Both the position numbers and the translations under genes were made by a program. From Campylobacterales bacterium (lineage in GTDB: Bacteria > Campylobacterota > Campylobacteria > Campylobacterales > Sulfurimonadaceae), in assembly GCA_038205935.1 (NCBI GenBank), contig JBBRBK010000053.1, positions 1 to 13,766 of the forward strand: DNA of 13,766 bases. The letters are read 5' to 3'. The notes below the pieces were generated by a model. The model was not told where the DNA came from. It did not search any database and was given only the letters and a program-made list of their open reading frames with translations. Within the stretch, counting starts at the first letter, position 1. Each line of letters opens with the position of its first letter. This document shows positions 7,247 to 13,766 of the stretch, piece after piece.

Positions 7247-9655
7247 CTACACAAGTGCTTTATCAATGATATTTTTTAGCTCTTCCCCATCTACTACTTC
7301 TTTGGCTATAAGTTCCTTGGCAACAGCCTCAATAGCCGGCCATAATCTTTTTACTTCTTGGAGTGTTTTTTCTTTTGCATCTTTCATCCAAACAAGAAGT
7401 CGCTCTTCGATTTTCTTAGAAAGTATTTTTCTACCATAAACAGATTCTATCCCTGTGACGTTGATATAACCTAACTCTTCATCCATACCAAAAAGCGCTA
7501 TGGCTGCATAGGCTTGCATATTTGCGACTTCAAGATCACTGATTGCTCCAGTTTCCATGCCAGACTCGCCAAATTTTTCCATCTTTACGATGCGACCTGC
7601 AAGTAAAACACAAACATCATTGAAAAGCTCCTCTTTTGAAGTGGCATCAATATAATCATCGTTATGATAAGAGACAAATCCAAGCGCTTCACTTCGAGGT
7701 GCGACGGTTACTTGTTCAATCTTGATATTTGGTAAAAGTGTAAAAGAAAGTACCGCATGCCCTGCTTCATGATACGCAGTTTTTGCCATTGAAGTTTCTA
7801 TATCACGTATCTGTTTATTTTCAAGTTTTGTGCCGTATTTGATGATATTTATCTGTTCTAAGAGTATCTCTTCGGTGAGTTCCCTCAACCCTTTTCTCGC
7901 ACACTGCAATGATGCTTCTTCCCCTATACGTTTGAGTTCATTTCCACCTAAACCAGAAATATAGCGTACTACTCTTTCAACGTCTATCGTAGCATCATGC
8001 GGTTTTTTCAATACTTCTTCTATAAAAAATCTTCTAGCTTCGATATCAAGTTTTGGTACTTCTATACGTATATCTATCCGCCCTGCCTTGTTGAGTTCCT
8101 CGGGGATATCTACAATGTCACTAAGCGTAATAATTGTAAAAACAGGAGCTTCAAAAGTTTGACTCAAATTATCCAACTCCTCGATAAGAGGTGTGATATT
8201 CATCTTTGAGATCATACCGCCAACAACACCCTGAATATCAATATCTTCTAAGATCACAATCGCTGGTGCAGAAACATATGCTTTTGCATAAGCTTTACGT
8301 ATCACAGCTTCATTAAAGAGATCAGCTCCGCTAATTGTGATATAGGGCATATCGCTTTCACAGGCAAAAGCACGGGCCAAAAGCTTTTTGCCCATCCCCT
8401 GCTGTCCAAACAAAAACATACCCTTTGGCGGCAACATACCAAAATGTTCCAATCTCTGAGGTTCTTTGAGAAGCGCCAAAACCTCCAAAAGCTCATTTTT
8501 AACTCTTTGCTGTCCAGCTACATCAGTAAACTTCACATCTGATACATGTAAATCTTCTTCACTTAATATGGAGAGTTTTTCTTTACTGTAATAAGCATTT
8601 TTTATCTTACATGTAACACTTTCATCCTCTGCGTTTAGTTCCCATTCAAGAGTCACTCTATAGTGTTGTTTTGCTGTTTTTTTTATAAAAATATTTTGCT
8701 CTTTTAAAATCTCCTCGGCAAAATCTATTGATATTTCATCAAGATCAAAATGGATATATTTCATTTTTACATTGAGTTTCATGGCGTCATATATTTTATT
8801 AAAAAGAAGTTCTGGGAGTTTTCTTATTATATGTCTGGCGTTAAGATAAGGAGTGAGAGAAAGGGTTAAAAGGGAAACAAACTTATCAAAATGTTTGTAT
8901 TCTATCACAATGGCGCTCTCTTTGTTAAAACTCTGTGATGTCTGATTGAGTGTTCTTGCACCTATTTTGATAAGTGTCGTGAGAGTTAAACGTTGAAAAG
9001 GAATAATGGTATGTTCGTTAAGAAGAGAAAGAAGTTTTTTATCAAAGGCTTCCTCTTTAGCAGCATTTAAGATAAGCACTTCACGACTCAGTCTTTCAAT
9101 CAAAAAAGTGTGTGCTTGAAGAGGATCATTCATAAAAAGCTCACGTAAATCCTGACGCTGGATAAGTGAACCAAGACGCGTCGTCGTCATGATCACGATG
9201 ACGTTAGAAAAATCTGTTTTTCCCTTTTCATTATCAGAGAAGAGTGTATATAAGGAGAGTTGCGCTTGGAGATCAGCTTTTTCTATATCTTCAAAAAGAA
9301 GAATGGATTTGGGATTTTCCTCTACAAAAGCGATGATTTCTGATTCTATGATTGGAGTATTCAACTGTTCCATACCCATAGAAAAATTGCCGCTGTATTT
9401 ATCCATATTAAATATTTTGATCTGTTTTAACTCACTGTCAGCTTGTAAAAGAAGTTCACAAAGGTAATGTTTACCGCTGTTTGGCAGACCGATAAATGTA
9501 AAAAGTGCTCGTACTCTTTTGTTTGTTTTTAGCAAATTTGTCCGAAGAAGAGTTTTCGTTAAGATATTTACAGCCTCTTGCTGATCAAAAATATTCTCAT
9601 TTAAATATTTTTCTATTCTGTCACTAAATTCATTATAATTTTTATCATTTATCAT
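7247..9655 (-). CDS. Soluble fusion of a ClpA/B-D2-like AAA+ domain, an FtsH-like AAA+ domain and an M41 zinc metallopeptidase, 802 aa
   Basis: Residues ~10-290 resemble Clp D2 (IFDQQEAV, FTFIGLPNSGKH, SILLFEDIEKA, DFSNVIVIMTT, NARHI). Residues ~373-610 resemble the FtsH AAA (VKFTDVAG, PKGMFLFGQQGMGKKLLARA, GRID). Residues ~626-800 are M41 (TAYHEAGH, VTVAPRSEALG, LLAGR, TGAISDL, FGM). No transmembrane segment is evident. Confidence 0.88.
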   Translation of the reverse strand: MINDKNYNEFSDRIEKYLNENIFDQQEAVNILTKTLLRTNLLKTNKRVRALFTFIGLPNSGKHYLCELLLQADSELKQIKIFNMDKYSGNFSMGMEQLNTPIIESEIIAFVEENPKSILLFEDIEKADLQAQLSLYTLFSDNEKGKTDFSNVIVIMTTTRLGSLIQRQDLRELFMNDPLQAHTFLIERLSREVLILNAAKEEAFDKKLLSLLNEHTIIPFQRLTLTTLIKIGARTLNQTSQSFNKESAIVIEYKHFDKFVSLLTLSLTPYLNARHIIRKLPELLFNKIYDAMKLNVKMKYIHFDLDEISIDFAEEILKEQNIFIKKTAKQHYRVTLEWELNAEDESVTCKIKNAYYSKEKLSILSEEDLHVSDVKFTDVAGQQRVKNELLEVLALLKEPQRLEHFGMLPPKGMFLFGQQGMGKKLLARAFACESDMPYITISGADLFNEAVIRKAYAKAYVSAPAIVILEDIDIQGVVGGMISKMNITPLIEELDNLSQTFEAPVFTIITLSDIVDIPEELNKAGRIDIRIEVPKLDIEARRFFIEEVLKKPHDATIDVERVVRYISGLGGNELKRIGEEASLQCARKGLRELTEEILLEQINIIKYGTKLENKQIRDIETSMAKTAYHEAGHAVLSFTLLPNIKIEQVTVAPRSEALGFVSYHNDDYIDATSKEELFNDVCVLLAGRIVKMEKFGESGMETGAISDLEVANMQAYAAIALFGMDEELGYINVTGIESVYGRKILSKKIEERLLVWMKDAKEKTLQEVKRLWPAIEAVAKELIAKEVVDGEELKNIIDKALV

Positions 9656-9687
9656 AATTTGGCCCTTTGAATTTCTTGTATTGCCCT

Positions 9688-9693
9688 ATTATA
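9688..9693 (-). promoter_or_regulatory. -10 box (TATAAT) for the AAA/M41 gene
   Basis: TATAAT on the minus strand 32 nt upstream of the ATG at 9655. AAGGG RBS present. Confidence 0.55.
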
Positions 9694-9716
9694 TGTCAAT
9701 TTTTATAAAAGTTATA

Positions 9717-9725
9717 TGTTAAAAT
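9717..9725 (+). promoter_or_regulatory. Extended -10 (TGTTAAAAT) for the flgA-ubiX-coaD-tmk-hisS-speA operon
   Basis: TGnTAAAAT 23 nt before the flgA ATG. GGAG RBS at 9740-9743. Confidence 0.65.
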
Positions 9726-9748
9726 AGCGCTTTTATTTTGGAGATTTG

Positions 9749-10621
9749 ATGTTATTTTTAAAAACTGTTTTATTGTTCTTTTGTTTGACTTTGCAGCTTC
9801 ACGCGATCACTTTGCAGGAAAATTATGAGACAAAAGGCAGAGATATTTATGCAAGCGATATTTCCAAAGAGAGTGAAAATGATTTTTTGCTTTTTTCTTA
9901 TGATGATGATAAACATATGCTTCGAACAAGTGCTGAGAAAGTAATAGAAATCTTTAAAGATCATGGAATCCAGATCAAAAAAAATGATGTTAGATATATC
10001 AATTTTCGAGAAAAATCTCGCATCGATATTGATAAAATCATAGATGCTCTTAAAAAAGAGTTTTTAACGAAATATCCAACTTTAAAGATAAAAAGTCTTA
10101 GAGTTTATCCTCGTTCTTATCTCACAAAATTACCAAAAACATTTTCACTCTCTTTACAAAAACAAACTTTATATAAAAACTATTCGACTTTCTCTATTGT
10201 GACACCTGACCACAAAATGATCTTTTTTGATTATATTTTAGATGCTGATATTGACGTTGTTGTAACGACAAAAACTATCAAACGTCATGAAAGAATCTCT
10301 TTTGAAAATACAAAGATCAAGAGCGTGAAGTTCTTAAGCTTTAGAGCAGATCCACTTGGTGACATTGCAAATCATCAATATCAAAGCAAATTTTCACTAG
10401 AATCCGACGATATATTGACTCAAAATGATATTGAGTTTTTGAGTATTGTAAGAAGAGATGAGCATGTCATAGCTAACATTGAAGATGGTGGCGTATCTAT
10501 CACGTTTAGCGTTATAGCTGAGCAAGACGGTAAAGAAGGGGATATTATTTCTGTTCGTAAATCTGATGGCAAAAAATTGATGGCAAAAATTATCGGAGTC
10601 AAGAGAGTGGAGATTCAATGA
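9749..10621 (+). CDS. flgA: Flagellar basal-body P-ring formation chaperone FlgA (start probably the ATG at 9749 rather than the TTG at 9746)
   Basis: Signal peptide (…LQLHA). C-terminal VVVTTKTIKRHERIS...IVRRDEHV...GGVSITFSVIAEQDGKEGDIISVR...AKIIG is the FlgA SAF-like domain. flgA-ubiX-coaD-tmk order is conserved in Campylobacter/Helicobacter. Confidence 0.9.
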   Translation: MLFLKTVLLFFCLTLQLHAITLQENYETKGRDIYASDISKESENDFLLFSYDDDKHMLRTSAEKVIEIFKDHGIQIKKNDVRYINFREKSRIDIDKIIDALKKEFLTKYPTLKIKSLRVYPRSYLTKLPKTFSLSLQKQTLYKNYSTFSIVTPDHKMIFFDYILDADIDVVVTTKTIKRHERISFENTKIKSVKFLSFRADPLGDIANHQYQSKFSLESDDILTQNDIEFLSIVRRDEHVIANIEDGGVSITFSVIAEQDGKEGDIISVRKSDGKKLMAKIIGVKRVEIQ

Positions 10622-11148
10622 AAAAAGTAGTCGTTTCCATAAGTGGTGCTAGCGGTGCGAGTTTAGGACTTAAAGTCCTCTCTTTGTTACCAAAAGGTAT
10701 CCAAAAACATCTTATAATCTCAGATCATGCAAAAATAGTTCTAGATAAAGAGCAAGATATCATCGTTCATGATGAAAAAAATATTGCAGCTTCCATCGCA
10801 AGCGGAAGTTTTAAAGTGGATGCGATGATGATTATTCCATGTAGTATGAACACGCTGGCAAAGATCGCTTGCGGGATATCTGACAATCTCACAACTCGCG
10901 CGGCTTCTGTGATGATAAAAGAGCGTAAAACTTTACTTTTAGCTCCACGTGAGATGCCATTTTCTGCTATCGCTTTGGAAAATATGCACAAACTTGCATC
11001 TTTAGGGATTATCATCGCACCGCCTGTTATGGCGTATTACAGCGAACAAACAAGTTTGCAAGAGATGGAAAATTTTATGATCGGCAAGTGGTTTGATCTG
11101 CTTGGAATCGAAAACGACTTATATAAAAGATGGGATGAAAATGAATAA
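10618..11148 (+). CDS. ubiX: Flavin prenyltransferase UbiX/Pad1 family
   Basis: Motifs ISGASG, ASIASGS, IIPCSMNTLAKIACGISDNLTTRAA, KERK, PREMP and PPVMAYY. ATGA overlap with flgA. Confidence 0.95.
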   Translation: MKKVVVSISGASGASLGLKVLSLLPKGIQKHLIISDHAKIVLDKEQDIIVHDEKNIAASIASGSFKVDAMMIIPCSMNTLAKIACGISDNLTTRAASVMIKERKTLLLAPREMPFSAIALENMHKLASLGIIIAPPVMAYYSEQTSLQEMENFMIGKWFDLLGIENDLYKRWDENE

Positions 11149-11626
11149 GATAGCGCTCTATCCGGGGACTTTTGATCCTATCACCAATGGTCATTTTGAT
11201 ATTATTGAAAGAGCTTTGGGTCTTTTTGATGAGGTGATCATCGCCGTGGCTGATTCAAAAGAAAAAAATCCGATGTTTACACTCGAACAAAGAGTTGAGA
11301 TGGTGAAAGAAGCCGTAAAAACTCTTTCAAATGTACGTGTTGTAGGCTTTAACAACCTCACAGTAGAACTTGCAAAGACTCTACATGCGAGTATTTTGAT
11401 CCGCGGATTACGCGCAGTGAGTGACTTTGAGTTTGAGCTTCAACTTGGATATCTCAACAATTCCCTTGATGACACGATAGAAACAGTGTATCTGATGCCA
11501 AAACTCCAACATGCGTTTATCAGTTCATCCATTGTAAGAAATCTTTTAAAATTCAATGGCAAAACAGAGCATCTCCTTCCTCGTGAAGTACAAGCGATGA
11601 TACAAAAGCAGATGATATGTATATAA
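11141..11626 (+). CDS. coaD: Phosphopantetheine adenylyltransferase (start revised to the ATG at 11141; 161 aa)
   Basis: Motifs ALYPGTFDPITNGHFDII, IRGLRAVSDFEFE and FISSSIVR. 8-bp overlap with ubiX. Confidence 0.97.
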   Translation: MNKIALYPGTFDPITNGHFDIIERALGLFDEVIIAVADSKEKNPMFTLEQRVEMVKEAVKTLSNVRVVGFNNLTVELAKTLHASILIRGLRAVSDFEFELQLGYLNNSLDDTIETVYLMPKLQHAFISSSIVRNLLKFNGKTEHLLPREVQAMIQKQMICI

Positions 11627-12198
11627 CAATCGAGGGGATCGATACAGCGGGCAAAAGTACGCAGATACAAGCCTTACATGTAGAGTTTCCAGAAGCCATA
11701 ATTACCAAAGAACCAGGAGCGACAAAACTCGGAGTCAAACTTCGTGAGATCGCCCTCTTCTCAGAGATAAAAAGCCCAATCGCAGAACTTTTGATCTTCT
11801 TGGCTGATCGCGCTGAACATGTAGCTGAAGTCGTTGAGCCAAATCTTGATAAACTCATTATCTCAGATAGAAGCGTGATTTCAGGCATAGCGTATGCGGA
11901 TGTTGTCGGTCACTTTGAGATGGAAAAACTCATCGAACTAAACCGCTTTACATGTAAGGATATATTTCCATCAAAAGCGGTGGTTTTAAAGCTCTCCCGG
12001 GAAGAACTAACTTATAGACTTTCACAAAAAGAGCATGACAAGATCGAAGAGCGCGGAGTTGATTATCTTTTATCGATTCAAGATTCTCTTATTAAGGCGA
12101 CGAAAGCTTTACATGTAGAGCTTTTAGAGATAGACGCATCCTTACATGTAAGCGAAATAACGGCACAAATTATCAATTTTATAGAGGAAAAAAACTAA
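11617..12198 (+). CDS. tmk: Thymidylate (dTMP) kinase
   Basis: P-loop ITIEGIDTAGKSTQ, plus TKEPG, LFLADRAEH-like LIFLADRAEH, IISDRS and DKIE. Confidence 0.96.
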   Translation: MYITIEGIDTAGKSTQIQALHVEFPEAIITKEPGATKLGVKLREIALFSEIKSPIAELLIFLADRAEHVAEVVEPNLDKLIISDRSVISGIAYADVVGHFEMEKLIELNRFTCKDIFPSKAVVLKLSREELTYRLSQKEHDKIEERGVDYLLSIQDSLIKATKALHVELLEIDASLHVSEITAQIINFIEEKN

Positions 12199-13404
12199 AT
12201 GATACAATCACTTCGTGGAATGAATGACATACTAGAATCACAGAGATTTGAATATTTTATAGAAGTCGCAACAAAAATAGCAAAAAATTATGGATTTTCT
12301 TACATAGAAACACCGCTTTTAGAAGAAACTGCCCTTTTCAAACGCTCTGTGGGCGAGTCAAGCGACATCGTCGGTAAAGAGATGTACCAGTTTATAGACA
12401 AAGGTGAAAACGATGTTTGTTTGCGTCCTGAGGGAACAGCGGGCGTTGTTCGTGCATTTGTTCAAAGTAAATTTGACAAGGCTGGTGGAAACTATAAATT
12501 TTTCTATCACGGTCCTATGTTTCGTTATGAAAGACCTCAAAAAGGACGTCTAAGAGAGTTTCACCAGTTTGGAGTTGAGAGTTTTGGCGAAGATAGTGTT
12601 TACGAAGATGCGACAATGATTATGATGATTGCCGATATTTTCAACGCTCTTGGTATCGGTTACAGACTTAAACTAAACTCCCTAGGTGATAGCAATTGTA
12701 TGCCTCAGTATCGCTATAGTTTAGTTACATTTTTGGATGAATGCATTGATGAAATATGTGATGATTGTAAGCGTCGTAAAGATACAAATCCTATTCGTGT
12801 TTTAGACTGTAAAAGTGAGAAATGTCAATCACTGTATGTCAATGCGCCGAAACTTTTAAACAATCTTTGCTCTGCATGTAACGAAGATTTTGAAAATCTA
12901 AAAAGTATTCTTATATCAAATAATATCAACTTCGAAATTGATAATCATTTAGTACGTGGACTTGACTATTACTCAAAAACGGCATTTGAGTTTGTAAGTG
13001 ACAATATCGGCGCGCAAAGTGCTATTGCAGGCGGCGGAAGATATGACAGACTTGTAGAGTTTTTGGATGGAAAAGCAACTCCTGCCGTTGGTTTTGCCAT
13101 AGGAATTGAGCGACTTTTAGAACTCATCGTTATGCCACAAACTGAGCGCGAGGGCACTTATTTTGGAGCGATGGATGAAGAAGCTGTAGAGCTTGTGATC
13201 TCACTTGCGCAAGTAAAAAGAAAGACAGAAAAAGCAACAGTTTCGTACAAGTCAAGAAATCTCAAAACTCACCTTAAAAATGCAGATAAAGCCAATGCCA
13301 AATATTGCGCTATTATCGGAGAAAATGAGTTTAAAGAAAATAAAATCTGGGTAAAGAATTTAGATGAAAAAACAGAACAAATTATCCCAATCAGTGAAAT
13401 ATAA
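12199..13404 (+). CDS. hisS: Histidine--tRNA ligase
   Basis: Motifs RGMND, KEMY, LRPEGTA, FRYERPQKGRLREFHQFGVE, LVRGLDYY, GGGRYD and GFAIGIERL. Confidence 0.98.
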   Translation: MIQSLRGMNDILESQRFEYFIEVATKIAKNYGFSYIETPLLEETALFKRSVGESSDIVGKEMYQFIDKGENDVCLRPEGTAGVVRAFVQSKFDKAGGNYKFFYHGPMFRYERPQKGRLREFHQFGVESFGEDSVYEDATMIMMIADIFNALGIGYRLKLNSLGDSNCMPQYRYSLVTFLDECIDEICDDCKRRKDTNPIRVLDCKSEKCQSLYVNAPKLLNNLCSACNEDFENLKSILISNNINFEIDNHLVRGLDYYSKTAFEFVSDNIGAQSAIAGGGRYDRLVEFLDGKATPAVGFAIGIERLLELIVMPQTEREGTYFGAMDEEAVELVISLAQVKRKTEKATVSYKSRNLKTHLKNADKANAKYCAIIGENEFKENKIWVKNLDEKTEQIIPISEI

Positions 13405-13416
13405 GAGGAAAAAAAT

Positions 13417-13766
13417 ATGAGAAATTACGGAATAGATATTTGGGGAAATGACAACTTTGTTATTCAAAATGGTAAGGTTTGTATTAACTACGGAAGTAAG
13501 CCCTCTATTATAGATATCACACAAAAAGTGAGAGCTTCTGGTCTTCGTGGTCCTTTAATCCTTCGTTTTGAACATCTTATTCAAAAACAGATCGATACTC
13601 TTTATAGCTCTTTTTCAAATGCTATCTCTGAAAACAGTTATAACGGAACATTTAACGCTGTTTTTCCTCTTAAAGTAAATCAGTTTCCAAATGTTGTCGA
13701 GGCCGTCGCACATTGTGGCGAAAATAGAGGTTATGGCCTTGAAGCAGGTTCAAAAGCTGAGCTTTT
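13417..13766 (+). CDS. speA: Biosynthetic arginine decarboxylase (partial; runs off the right edge; absent from the ORF track)
   Basis: GAGG RBS and ATG at 13417. Translation MRNYGIDIWGNDNF...GPLILRF...AVFPLKVNQ (PLP lysine)...YGLEAGSKAEL. hisS-speA order is as in Campylobacter. Confidence 0.95.
   Translation, partial: MRNYGIDIWGNDNFVIQNGKVCINYGSKPSIIDITQKVRASGLRGPLILRFEHLIQKQIDTLYSSFSNAISENSYNGTFNAVFPLKVNQFPNVVEAVAHCGENRGYGLEAGSKAEL

Larger units (their letters stand above)
7..12150. repeat. Dispersed palindrome TACATGTA, 9 exact copies
   Basis: Copies at 7-14, 296-303, 5095-5102, 8543-8550, 8608-8615, 11675-11682, 11949-11956, 12110-12117 and 12143-12150, counted by eye. Confidence 0.9.

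Noticed and set aside
11093..11140. 16-aa N-terminal extension of CoaD
   Set aside because: The ATG at 11141 gives the canonical length and N-terminus.
11675..12150. Clustered TACATGTA copies as a CRISPR array or REP element
   Set aside because: The unit is only 8-12 bp, irregularly spaced and inside an intact essential gene. It is treated as a dispersed palindrome instead.
850..13157. Short 60-111 aa ORFs in the track that are antisense to or nested in the main genes (e.g. 850-1047, 5269-5523, 9189-9467, 11553-11888)
   Set aside because: They are shadow ORFs of well-supported genes and have no recognisable motifs.
9749..13766. Odd mix of flagellar, cofactor, nucleotide, translation and polyamine genes in one operon
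   Set aside because: This flgA-ubiX-coaD-tmk-hisS-speA order is known from Campylobacter and is ordinary for the phylum.

Overview
AT-rich chromosomal window from a Campylobacterota (Epsilonproteobacteria) bacterium, probably a free-living Sulfurimonas/Sulfuricurvum-type organism. This is inferred from gene order and promoter style, not from a search. Two conserved housekeeping blocks flank an accessory middle. On the left, flgL (sigma54 promoter) is followed by the 5' end of ftsK, both on the minus strand. On the right is flgA-ubiX-coaD-tmk-hisS-speA(partial) on the plus strand. Between them lie tRNA-Leu(CAA), a PNAG (poly-beta-1,6-GlcNAc) biofilm cluster pgaB-pgaC-pgaD with no pgaA, and an 802-aa soluble protein that fuses a ClpB-D2-like AAA domain to an FtsH-like AAA + M41 protease module. 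The three most interesting signals are: (1) the palindrome TACATGTA (consensus cTTACATGTAAg) occurs 9 times inside genes, in all three reading frames, against roughly 0.5 expected, which resembles a HIP1 or DNA-uptake-type sequence; (2) both ATPase modules of the Clp-FtsH fusion look catalytically degenerate while the zinc protease site is intact; (3) the pgaA-less pgaBCD cassette sits at the tRNA 3' end, is bracketed by a 9-bp direct repeat, and has substitutions at positions linked to c-di-GMP control.
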